In this document: positions 18,293 to 27,913 of the stretch, in pieces
Position numbering within the stretch: the stretch's first letter is position 1
Layout: the number at the start of each line of letters is the position of its first letter
From: Gemmatimonadota bacterium
GTDB lineage: Bacteria; Gemmatimonadota; Gemmatimonadetes; Palauibacterales; KS3-K002
Length of the DNA: 41,762 bases
Direction: 5' to 3'
Assembly (NCBI GenBank): GCA_039586795.1
Contig: JBDHJS010000053.1
Coordinates: forward strand, 1-41,762
Translations under genes and position numbers: made by a program
The notes under the pieces: generated by a model
What the model saw: the letters and a program-made list of their open reading frames with translations, nothing else
Database searches by the model: none
What the model was told of the DNA's origin: nothing

Positions 18293-19915
18293 GTGAACGG
18301 TCACGAACATCGGCTTCTCACCCGGGGTGGAGAGCAGGAGCCACTCGGCGAGAGAGGCACGAAGACCGGGTTGCCGCTCAGTCTGCTCAAGCAGTCCTCG
18401 ACGCGCCTTCAGATCGTCTGCGTGGTGGTCGTGGCGCTGTTGGCCATCAATTGGCTGGGCGTCAACCTGGCCGAGGGCCAGTTTGCTGCAGAGTTCGATA
18501 CGCCGTTGAACTGGGCGCCACCCACGATGATGATCCTTGCTTCGCTGGTCGTGCTTGGACTGGCAATCAGCGAGTGGCTCGCACCGTCGAGCATCATCAC
18601 GGCCGGACTGGTCTACCAGGTGATCGTGAGTTATTGCATCGCGCTCAGTCAGTACTACGATGCGTTCGTAGGTATCCAGACCGAGTACATTTCGGTCGAT
18701 CTGATCGGCGTTTCTCCGGTCGCTCTGTGGATGCTCTTCTTCACCGTACTCGTGCCCAGCAAACCTCGACACGCTCTTGTCGCGTTGACGATGTCGGGGT
18801 CGGCGGTGCCCGTCACCATGGGGCTGTTAGCTCGCTTCGGAAACGCCCCCCATTTCCCCGTTCCCGACTTCATAGCCCTATTCGTTGGGCCTTATGTCTT
18901 TACTGTGATCCTCTCCTACGTTGCAGCACTAGTGATCTACCGACTGGGAACCGATATCCGACGAGCACGGGAATTGGGTAGCTATCACCTGCTGGATCCC
19001 ATCGGCCGTGGGGGGATGGGAGAAGTCTGGCGAGCGGAGCACAACATGCTCGCCCGGCCAGCAGCCATCAAGCTCATACGTCGCGACATCATCGGATCGC
19101 AACCGGGCGCTGTGGAACGAGCGCTGACCCGATTCGAGCGCGAGGCTCAGGTGACGGCGTCCTTGCAGTCGCCCCACACCGTTGACCTTTACGATTATGG
19201 TATCAGCGAGGACGGAGCGTTCTACTATGTCATGGAGTTGCTGGACGGCGTCGACCTCGAGTCGCTGGTTAGCCGTTCGGGCCCGCTCGCCGCGGAACGC
19301 GTCGTTTATATCCTACGTCAGGTGTGTGCTTCCCTGAGCGAAGCACATCGCCGGGATCTCGTTCATCGCGACATCAAGCCTTCAAATCTCTTTCTGTGTC
19401 AGCGAGCCTTCGAGTACGACTTCGTCAAAGTGCTCGATTTCGGCCTGGTGAAGCCCGCATCGGCCGTCGAGCCGCGCGAGAGGCGACGCGTGACCGAGAC
19501 GGGAGCGGTGGCCGGTACGCCTGACTTCATGGCCCCGGAAATGGCGTTGGGAGATGAGGCGATCGATGGGCGGTCGGATATCTATTCGATGGGGTGTGTG
19601 GCGTTCTGGTTGCTCACCGGTCGCCGCGTGTTTGAGAAAGACACCGCCATATCGACGATCGTGGCGCACATGAACGATGCGCCGGAAGCACCAAGCACAC
19701 GAACCGAGTTGACGATCCCCGCCGCCCTGGATTCGTTGGTGCTGGGGTGCCTGGCGAAGAAACCAGAAGGTCGCCCGGAGACCGTTGATGCTCTCGACCG
19801 CGCGTTGAGCGAAATAGAAACGGAAACGCCCTGGACGCAGGAACGCGCCGAGCAGTGGTGGCAGCTGCATTCACCGCCGAGTAGTCCCGAGTCCCTTCCC
19901 GCTCTCGATCGCTAG
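18293..19915 (+). CDS. Serine/threonine protein kinase with N-terminal multi-pass membrane domain
   Basis: About 5-6 hydrophobic segments, then IGRGGMGEVW, AAIK, HRDIKPSN, DFG, GTPDFMAPE, SDIYS. GTG start at 18293 is tentative. Confidence 0.92.
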   Translation: MNGHEHRLLTRGGEQEPLGERGTKTGLPLSLLKQSSTRLQIVCVVVVALLAINWLGVNLAEGQFAAEFDTPLNWAPPTMMILASLVVLGLAISEWLAPSSIITAGLVYQVIVSYCIALSQYYDAFVGIQTEYISVDLIGVSPVALWMLFFTVLVPSKPRHALVALTMSGSAVPVTMGLLARFGNAPHFPVPDFIALFVGPYVFTVILSYVAALVIYRLGTDIRRARELGSYHLLDPIGRGGMGEVWRAEHNMLARPAAIKLIRRDIIGSQPGAVERALTRFEREAQVTASLQSPHTVDLYDYGISEDGAFYYVMELLDGVDLESLVSRSGPLAAERVVYILRQVCASLSEAHRRDLVHRDIKPSNLFLCQRAFEYDFVKVLDFGLVKPASAVEPRERRRVTETGAVAGTPDFMAPEMALGDEAIDGRSDIYSMGCVAFWLLTGRRVFEKDTAISTIVAHMNDAPEAPSTRTELTIPAALDSLVLGCLAKKPEGRPETVDALDRALSEIETETPWTQERAEQWWQLHSPPSSPESLPALDR

Positions 19916-21246
19916 TCCAGAGACAGCCAGCCTACTCGACCGCTGGGTCCCCGAACGAAAAGGAACTCGCCGAACGCGCCCAGCACCGGTACCTCGGCCC
20001 CGGCATCGATGAGGTCCATCGCCACGCCAGTGGACGCCGGATCGGTCAATAGCACGGCGCCGCTAGCCAGAACCTCGCTCCTGATCGGGCCGTTCACCGC
20101 TTCGATCATGCTCGCCGCCACGAAGCCGACCGTGCCATCGGGTGCTCTGACCCTGTACCACGCGCCGGTCCCGGCTTCGACTTGCAAGGGAGTGTGGAGC
20201 GGCAGCTCCATGAGCGCGTCCGACTCGACAAGGGCGTTCGCATGGAGGCGTGCCTCCGCTCCGGTTACGCGGACGAGTTGGTCGATCAGCAGCGGGTCCC
20301 CGGTGAAGGGGTCAGGGGTCGTTCGCGTCTGCTGCAGCGCTGGCCAGGGATCGAACGGACCGCGGGAGTAGATGGCAAAATGAAGGTGGGGGGGCGTCGT
20401 TCTGGCGTTCCCCGAGTTGCCGACAAGTCCGATGGTATCGCCAGCTTGTACTTGCTGACCGCGGACCACGAGCTGCGTATCGAGGTGAGCGTAGTAGAGC
20501 ATGCGGCCGAAATCGTCGCGTAGCCAGATGACGTTGCCGCCCAAACGATTGCCGCGCGTGCTGCGGATCACCCCATCCGCGGCGGCGAGAACCGGCGTGC
20601 CTCTTCGAGCGAAGATGTCGAGTCCCGTATGCTCGCGACGCCCACCGTCCCGCGGGTCCCCGTACCAGCTTCCGATGTCGGACGTGTTGGCCCCGAAGAC
20701 CGGAAAGCCGAGCGAGGGGCCCGCACTGATGCTGATCGAATAGCGGCCGCCACGCAACAACTCGGGCTGGACGCGGACCAGGTAGTCACCGTCGCGCCTT
20801 ACCAGGTACGTCAGCTTGCGCTCCAGGCTGTCGGCGCTGGCTATATACCGGGCGAATTCGTTGGGCGTGTTGCGGATCACGAACAGCTCGATGAAGACAT
20901 GGTAGGCCGTGTCTGGCGCGCTCTCGAAGGTCACATCGAGGCGTTGGCCCCTCCGCAACGACACCTGGTAGGTCGTCGCCGTCGCTTCCCTCGGGTCCAG
21001 ATAGCTGTTCTCGCTGTAGGGAGCCGTGACCGGTATGGCCTCATCCAGCGATGCGGCCGCCGCGGCTATCCAATCGCTGCCCAATGCCGTCTGATCGATC
21101 CCCGCCTGATGTAGAGCATGCTCGTACTTTTCGCGCGGCGTGTAACCGCCGAAGAACTCTCGGACGACATCCTCGCATGCCGCGAGGCCGAAGAGCAGCG
21201 GCAATCCGAACAGCCAGGGCAGTATTCTCGACGCATTGGTCTTCAC
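19912..21246 (-). CDS. M23 family metallopeptidase lipoprotein with C-terminal SH3-like domains
   Basis: Lipobox LAAC; HTGLD, YYAHLD and PHLH Zn motifs; SH3b-like WYRV...GFV and GRVGW tails. Confidence 0.88.
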   Translation of the reverse strand: MKTNASRILPWLFGLPLLFGLAACEDVVREFFGGYTPREKYEHALHQAGIDQTALGSDWIAAAAASLDEAIPVTAPYSENSYLDPREATATTYQVSLRRGQRLDVTFESAPDTAYHVFIELFVIRNTPNEFARYIASADSLERKLTYLVRRDGDYLVRVQPELLRGGRYSISISAGPSLGFPVFGANTSDIGSWYGDPRDGGRREHTGLDIFARRGTPVLAAADGVIRSTRGNRLGGNVIWLRDDFGRMLYYAHLDTQLVVRGQQVQAGDTIGLVGNSGNARTTPPHLHFAIYSRGPFDPWPALQQTRTTPDPFTGDPLLIDQLVRVTGAEARLHANALVESDALMELPLHTPLQVEAGTGAWYRVRAPDGTVGFVAASMIEAVNGPIRSEVLASGAVLLTDPASTGVAMDLIDAGAEVPVLGAFGEFLFVRGPSGRVGWLSLD

Positions 21247-21297
21247 GGAACGCAGTACGTAATAGAGGTTCTAATTGTTCCCGGTTGCCCACCCGTG

Positions 21298-23647
21298 TCA
21301 CTCGCTACGCAGCACCACTACCGGGTCGACCCGGGTGGCACGACGGGCGGGGAGGAAGCTCGCCAGGAAGGCGGTCAGGGCGATCAGGCCTACGGTGCTT
21401 ACTATTGTCAGCAGATCTATGGCCGCAACCCCGTATAGCAGTGGAGTGAGCACGCGGCCCAGCAGCAGCCAGCCGACGAGCCCGACCGCCAAACCCAACC
21501 CGGCCATCCGGGCGCCATCGCCGACCACGCGCGCCAACACGTCGCCCGGGCCGGCTCCGAGAGCAACGCGGACACCTATTTCGTTCGAGCGCCGTGCAAC
21601 AGCATAGGACAGAATACCGGAATCGATCGGTGGTTGCCGTGCTGCCGATCAGCTGGCCGAAAGTTGCTGCTGTGTAGACGGGAACATCACGGTCCAGCGC
21701 TCTGATCTCTTCGCGGAGTGTGCGTACGAATCTGGACGGATCGCCAGCGACGCGGGCAACGATACCCAGCTGGGCGACGGGCATCTGACGATAGGGCAGG
21801 TAGAGCTCTGGACTGGGCTCTCGGTCGAGGGAGTAGAACCGTACGTCGCCCACGATGCCGATGATCTCACGGTCAAAGCCGTCCGCGTCCCAGCCGCCCA
21901 GATGGATGCGCTGACCGATGGGGTCTTCCCCCGGCCAATAGCGGCGGGCCGCCTCATCATTGATGATGGCGACGCCGATTGCGTTTGGACCGTCGAGTTG
22001 GTTGAAATCCCGGCCGCGAAGAAGCGGGATCTCCATCGTGCTGAAGTAGCCGGGCGTCGCGCTGACGATCCGGGCATCGGGCTCCTGGTTGGGCTCCGGC
22101 GCTGGACGACCCACGACCTCGAAGCTCGAGTTAACTTCCCACGAAGTGAAGGGAACGGTGGAGCTGGCGGCGACCGCGCGAACTCCGCTTTGTCGACCTG
22201 CTCGATCCAATAGGCCCTCTACGAATGTCAGTCGCGCGGTTGCGTCACGGTAGCGGGCGCCGATGTTGATGCGTGCCGTAGCTAGATCCTCTGTATCGAA
22301 GCCGACATCCTCGCCGATCAGCTTGCCGAAGCTCCGGATCATCAAACCGGCACCGCCGACAAGCATCAGCGCTATCGCAACCTGTGCGACGACCAGCGTT
22401 CGACGTGCTTTGAGTCCGTGACGTGCGGCGCCTCCACCGGTTCCGCCGGTCTTCATCGCCACCATCAACTGCGATCTGGCGTTGCGCAGCGCGGGCACGA
22501 CGCCGACGAGAAGTCCGGCGGCGAAAGTCACCGCCAGGGTGAACGCCAGGACTCGTCCGTCGATCCCGACGTGCTCCAGGCGCGGTAGCTCACCGGGCCC
22601 CAGTGCGAGCAGCAATTCAACGCCCCAATAGGCGAGCAGTAAACCCGCGACGCCGCCGACGAGGGCCAGCACCAGGCTCTCTGTGATGATTTGCCGAGCC
22701 AGCCGGCCCGGCCTGGCACCGATCGCCTGCCGCACGGCGAATTCGCGCTCACGTACCGATGCGCGAGCCAGAAGGAGACTGGCAACGTTGGCGCAGGCGA
22801 TGAGCAATACGAATCCCACCGCGCCCAGCAGCACGTACAGGGCGCGCTGCACATCGCCGATGACGTATCGCTTGAGCGGGACGACGTTGGTCGTCACACC
22901 TGTGTTCTGTGCGGGGTACGCTTGCTCGAGTCGCGACATGATGGTCGCCATCTCGACGGATGCCTCGTCCGTCGTCGCGCCATCTCTCAACCGGGCGATC
23001 ACGCGCAAGAAATGTGAGCCCCTGTCCTCGGCTCGAAGATCCCAGGTCAGCGTGCGGAATATCTCGGCCTCGGCGTAGACCGGGAGTTGAAATCCAGGCG
23101 GTAGCACACCGGCGACCTCGTAGCTCCGCCCGCTCACGGCGATGGGTTCTCCGATAAGCTCGCGATTCCCACCGAATTCGCGCATCCACAGCTCGTAGCT
23201 CAAGACGACGGTCGGTACCGCATCCCCTCGGCCGTCCTCAACGCTGAACAGTCGGCCCGCATAGGCCGGTACGCGAAGGACGTCGGAGAACATCCTGTGT
23301 TCGACGACCGAGCCGATCACGCGTGACGCGCCTTCCTCGCCGCTGATCGACACGCTCCAGTAGTGGGCCGCGGCCATCGCCTCGAACGACTGGTTCTGTT
23401 CCTGCCAGTCGGCGTAATTCGGCGGGGAGACCTGGCCCATCGTTTGGGGATAGGAAAGGTTGTTCTCCCAAACCGTGACCATCCGGTCGGGTTGTCCGTA
23501 GGGCAGCGGCTCCAGCAGCACGCCGCTCACGACGCTGAAGATCGCGGTGTTCGCTCCCACTCCCAGTCCGAGCGTGAGAACGATGACGGCTGTAAGGCTT
23601 GGGTTTCTGAAGAGCGTCCGGGCGGCGAAGCGCAGATCTGAGAACAC
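21298..23647 (-). pseudogene. ADOP/MacB-FtsX-type duplicated ABC permease, frameshifted with an internal deletion
   Basis: VFSDLRFAARTL start (GTG 23647 after GAGAGG), GANTAIFS, LLIACANVA, REFAVR. The frame breaks after ...TTDRF at ~21619, and the family C-terminus (GILSYAVARRSNEIGVRVALGA...PARRATRVDPVVVLRSE) is in another frame ending at 21298. Confidence 0.85.
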
Positions 23648-23874
23648 GGCGCACCTCTCGTATGGGGGATTCGATGCCTGCAGTGCTGAGATCATTCAGT
23701 GAAAAAAACGGGCCAGCCGACTGCGGCTAAATGCCGCATTTCTAAGGGTGTTTGAGCCGAAGGAAGGGGGTCACGATCCGCTCCCTGTTCGGTTTCGGGA
23801 CACCCTATCCCAGACTCGACCAGTCAGGAGGGCCTCTATGCCAACCTATTCGGGTGGCAAGAGGGTCTCACCCG

Positions 23875-23958
23875 ATACCTCGTCAGGCGAAATATCGCCT
23901 GGCGAAACTCGTCCGTTTCGGGCACCGTAGTTGCAATATGCTTCGCGTTACGAAGTAT
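23875..23958. promoter_or_regulatory. Putative PadR operator boxes (TCG-N5-CGA palindromes, x3)
   Basis: ATACCTCG-TCAGG-CGAAATAT (23875-23895), AAATATCG-CCTGG-CGAAACTC (23890-23910) and ATGCTTCG-CGTTA-CGAAGTAT (23938-23958), all upstream of padR. Confidence 0.55.
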
Positions 23959-24001
23959 CGTCGAGCGGCCCACAGCGAACCGGCACAAACTGGAGGGATG
24001 A

Positions 24002-24334
24002 ATGTTTAGCGCCGATCTGAAACGCGGGAGCATGGAGCTCTTGATCCTTTCTTCCCTCGAAGGCTGCACCCGACATGGTTACGAGATTGGAAAGCTCCTG
24101 GAGCACCGCTCTGGCGGCCAGCTCGAGTTCCGCGTCTCCACCCTCTACTCGGTTCTCTATCGCATGGAAGAGCGGGGTTGGATCAAAGGACGCTGGGTAG
24201 AGAAGAAGGGCGAGCGACGCCGCTGCTACTACAAGTTGACTCGGAAAGGCGAACGGATTCTGGTCGACCAGCGAAAGGAATGGAAGGCGTTCTCGACGAT
24301 GGTGAATCAGGTGATTGGAGTGAGCCATGCCTGA
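24002..24334 (+). CDS. PadR family transcriptional regulator (ADOP-associated type)
   Basis: LKRGSMELLIL, RHGYEI, TLYSVLYRME..GWI, RRRCYYKLT..G, WKAF; overlaps the permease start. Confidence 0.92.
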   Translation: MFSADLKRGSMELLILSSLEGCTRHGYEIGKLLEHRSGGQLEFRVSTLYSVLYRMEERGWIKGRWVEKKGERRRCYYKLTRKGERILVDQRKEWKAFSTMVNQVIGVSHA

Positions 24335-26048
24335 CTGGAAGAGATACCTGAAAGAATACCTGTCGCTCCCGGAGATGAAGGGACACAGGGAGCAGAGGAT
24401 GATCGACGAGCTGGCGGACCACCTGGAAGATCTCTACCGGGAGGCTGTGGCGCGTGGAGCCAGCGAAGAAGAAGCGATGGCCCAGATAGAAGAATGGCTA
24501 GGCGAGGCCGGCTTTGCATCGGGCGAGTTGGTGCGAAGCGAGCCCGCTCATGTGCGGTCCCGAATGAATCGCTGGGTGGAAGGACAGGAAGAGATGTTGC
24601 GGAGCAAGGGCGGCGCGCTCAGCCGAGTGGCCGACGCAGGCCGAGATCTGCGCCTCGCCCTTCGAACCCTGGCGAAGCGACCGTTCTTCAGCGGCGTGGT
24701 CATCTTCGTGTTGGCGTTGGGAATCGGGGCGACCACGGCGGTCTTCACGCTGGTAGACGCGATCATCCTTTCGCCGCTTCCGTTCGACGATGACACGCGC
24801 CTGGTGGATATCGATCACGCGGCGCCAGGGCTGGGAGTGCAGCAAGCCGGTCAGTGCGCGGCCTGGCACTTCACTTACGAAGACGAGAACCAGGTCTTCG
24901 AAGACCTGGGGATGTATGGAACGGGCTACGCGACGATCGCTGGGCAAGGCACACCGGAGTCGGTGCCCGACATGGGTCTGACGACCGGGGTGTTGCGGGC
25001 GCTTCGTATCACTCCCGTGGTTGGTCGTCTGCTGATGCCAGAGGACGAAGAACTCGAAGCGCCGAACGTCGTGCTTCTGGGCTACGGATACTGGCAGAGC
25101 AGATTCGGCGGCGACCTCAATGTGGTCGGGCAGACCCTGGAGGCGGACGGAAACTCATGGGAGATCGTGGGCGTGTTGCCGAGCGACATTCAGGCGCTCG
25201 GATCGGATCCGGCGATCATCTACCCCTACCGATTTGACCGCTCTCAGCTGTTCGTCGGCAATATCGGGTTCGGAGGCGTAGCGCGTCTGCGTGACGGTGT
25301 CACGTTGGAGCAGGCCAACGCCGACGTGGCCCGCATGCTTCCTTTGGCGTTTGAGAAGTTCCCCGGCGGTCCGGTCGCCGACTTTTCCGAGCGTGCCCAG
25401 TATTCTCCGAATCTACGCCCCTTGAAGGAGACGCTGGTCGGCAGTGCGGCCAGCCTGCTCTGGATCATCCTCGCCGGAGTGGCGGTCGTCCTGCTCATCG
25501 CCTGCGCCAACGTTGCGAACTTGTTCCTGGTACGCGCCGACGGTAAGCAAACAGAGATGGCGGTTCGCTCGGCCCTGGGCGCGAATCGGCGTCGCATAGG
25601 TTGGGAGTACCTGAAGGAGAGTCTGTTGCTGGGCTTGCTGGGCGGAGCGGGTGGTCTGGCTCTAGCGGGTTATGGACTCGACGCGCTGATCGCGGCGGGG
25701 CCGGCTAACCTCCCGCGCCTGAACGAGGTCTCGATACACCCGGGCGTTCTGATGTTCACGCTGGCCATCTCGCTGGGCGCCGGTCTCTTCTTCGGCGTGT
25801 TTCCGGTGCTCAAGCACAGCGGCGCCGCGATGCTCGATTCTCTGAAGCAAGGTGGGCGTGGCGGAACGACGGGTCGGGCTAGCTACCGAGCGCAGAACGC
25901 GTTGGCCGTGAGCCAGATGGCTATGGCCTTGGTGCTGTTGGTCGCCTCGGTCCTGGCGCCCTTTGCGAGGATGCGCTCCGCAAAATCCAACCGCTGCTGG
26001 ACATCTTCCAGCTGCGTTTCCACCTCGCTGCTCAGCGTCTCGAGTTGA
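24327..26048 (+). pseudogene. ADOP-type ABC permease with N-terminal prefix domain, 3'-truncated
   Basis: IDELADHLED prefix, DLRLALRTL, LALGIGATTAVF, LLIACANVANL. Family similarity ends at SQMAMALVLLVAS (~25950) and the remainder is antisense of the neighbouring gene, so the second periplasmic/FtsX half is missing. Confidence 0.8.
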
Positions 26049-26209
26049 TCCGAGAACCGTTGCAGGTGGCCAACCACCTGGCTGGTCAGTTCCTGGTCCG
26101 GTCGCTTGGCCTGCAAGTGTTTATGCCATCGTGAGATCAGCCAGCCGACGTGCCCGACTAGCAGAAACGTAGCCGAGAGCGAGCCGATTAAGTAGAGGAC
26201 TTCGTCCAT
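25883..26209 (-). CDS. Small membrane-anchored coiled-coil protein (natural C-terminus probably lost)
   Basis: MDEVLYLIGSLSATFLLVGHVGWLI TM helix, then coiled coil ending LEDVQQRLDFAERILAK; the tail reads antisense into the permease. Confidence 0.65.
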   Translation of the reverse strand: MDEVLYLIGSLSATFLLVGHVGWLISRWHKHLQAKRPDQELTSQVVGHLQRFSDQLETLSSEVETQLEDVQQRLDFAERILAKGARTEATNSTKAIAIWLTANAFCAR

Positions 26210-26342
26210 TGATTCTGTTGTCTCGGTTGGATTGTCGAGGATAACATGTGAGTGGTGCTGCTGCTCGGCAAGGGGAGAGCGAGCGCAAAAAGATGTGCAG
26301 TTGGTGCGACCGCGCAAATACCCGAGGAGCCTCAGAACAGGT

Positions 26343-26585
26343 TTACGGCTCGGGTACTAGGATCCTAGATGAGTTCAGGATAGTAGGCTTTGTATCGATT
26401 CTCCCTTCTTCGTATAACGGCATCAGTTCATCTCTGCGATCCTTCCGCTGGAAGAAGTCTATTGCCCCCGCGCAGATTCCCCAGATACTGCCCAGTGTTA
26501 TTGTACATCCTCCGCCAATAACCAATACCGTTTTGCCAAGCACGAAGAGCGCCTCGATGGTTTCTGGGTCCATTTCGTCCCTCAT
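26343..26585 (-). CDS. Small single-TM hypothetical protein, last gene of the cytochrome operon
   Basis: ATG overlaps the upstream stop (TGATG at 26583-26587; alternative ATG 26573). Hydrophobic, Gly-rich segment LFVLGKTVLVIGGGCTITLGSIWGICAGAI. Confidence 0.55.
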   Translation of the reverse strand: MRDEMDPETIEALFVLGKTVLVIGGGCTITLGSIWGICAGAIDFFQRKDRRDELMPLYEEGRIDTKPTILNSSRILVPEP

Positions 26586-27802
26586 CAGTTCTGGCGTTGC
26601 GCTGCAAAGAACGCAGCGATGTCGGCCATCTCTGCAGCGCTAATGACCGGCCAGAGGACAGCAAGGCTGTCTCCGGATTCCATGGGCGCCCAGTGATTCC
26701 ACACGGCAGAGATCACCGCCGCTGGCGAACCGGTGCACTTGCTCTCAGCTAGATTGCCGGCGACCCTCGCCCCTTGGTCATTGAGCGAGTGGCAGGTCAG
26801 GCACCCTTTGCTCTGCAATAGCTGGCGTCCCGCTCGAGGGTCACCGGACTCGGCGAAGTACTGAACGGAATACAGATACGCGACAAGATCGGCCATTTCC
26901 CCGGCCTCGAGTTGAGGCACTCGTATCCCGCGAGCTTGCATCTCAGCGGTCATCCCTGGCGCTTTGTTCCACATGGCAGCCGCGAACTGTGTCAGATCCC
27001 AACGAACTCCACGGCTAGCCAAGTCCGGTCCGACGCGACCTCCCGTGCCTTTAACGCTGTGGCACTCTGCGCAACCACTTCCCGTAAATATGGTTCGACC
27101 GATATCCGCATCGCCTGGCAACACATATAGCGGTCCACCCAGGGGCGGCGGCGATTTCGATTCGAGGTATGCGATGAGATCCGTGAGTTCTGAGCCCGAG
27201 AAGGTCGGTCGTTCGATTCCTTTGGCCTCCATCATGCTCTGCATGCTAGGGCCGTGATTCCACATCGCTGCAGCAACCAAGATCGGTGAGCCAAACTGAC
27301 CGAGGTGGTCCAGGCTGGGGCCCGTCACGCCTCCGTGCACGCCCACCTGGTGACACACGACGCACTTCTTCTCGACGAAGAGCTGCTCGCCGGCTTCCAC
27401 GTCACCCGGCGGGTCGAAGTAGTCCAACGTGAACAGAAACGCTACCAGATCGCCTGCTTCTCGCTCATTCAATCTTGGGCGCGCGATGCCAAGCTCGCGC
27501 ATCTGTTCTCCCATGCCAGGCAAGTGGTTCCACATGTTGGCGGCTAGATCGTAGAACGACCGGCGTATTGCTACGTGGCCCAGGTCTGGTCCGAGCGTTC
27601 CGCCCAATCCATCCACTGAGTGGCACTTGACGCAACCCTTCGAACCGAAAACCCGAGAACCGGCCATCGCATTCTGTGTATCTCCCGCCCGCTCTTGGGC
27701 GTGAGCCGGCTGGTGAACGCACAACAGAGACAGAACAACGGCGAGGCTCGACGCCAACGTGGCGCCGCCAGTCAGCCTGATTGGTTGGGGCGTGCCAATC
27801 AT
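26585..27802 (-). CDS. Periplasmic tetraheme cytochrome c (four tandem class-I-like domains)
   Basis: Signal peptide (AHA-QE); CVKCH, CVVCH, CAECH and CLTCH, each in a ~95-aa repeat with a GPxL-like motif and WN-x4-M; SD GGAGG before ATG 27802. Confidence 0.9.
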   Translation of the reverse strand: MIGTPQPIRLTGGATLASSLAVVLSLLCVHQPAHAQERAGDTQNAMAGSRVFGSKGCVKCHSVDGLGGTLGPDLGHVAIRRSFYDLAANMWNHLPGMGEQMRELGIARPRLNEREAGDLVAFLFTLDYFDPPGDVEAGEQLFVEKKCVVCHQVGVHGGVTGPSLDHLGQFGSPILVAAAMWNHGPSMQSMMEAKGIERPTFSGSELTDLIAYLESKSPPPLGGPLYVLPGDADIGRTIFTGSGCAECHSVKGTGGRVGPDLASRGVRWDLTQFAAAMWNKAPGMTAEMQARGIRVPQLEAGEMADLVAYLYSVQYFAESGDPRAGRQLLQSKGCLTCHSLNDQGARVAGNLAESKCTGSPAAVISAVWNHWAPMESGDSLAVLWPVISAAEMADIAAFFAAQRQN

Positions 27803-27913
27803 GGTAATCCTCCATGTCCCGCAGTACTCGTTCGAAACTCTGCACCTCGTAGGAGCGTACACTCTCGCTGACTTGATGGCCCGCTTCCGGGCCGGTGGAA
27901 TCCCTGGGCCGCA

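Noticed and set aside
21305..21618. Cys-rich C-terminus (VLCCCT...CPRC) of the 796-aa permease ORF as a metal-binding tail
   Set aside because: Out-of-frame translation after the deletion; the true family C-terminus is in the 21298 frame.
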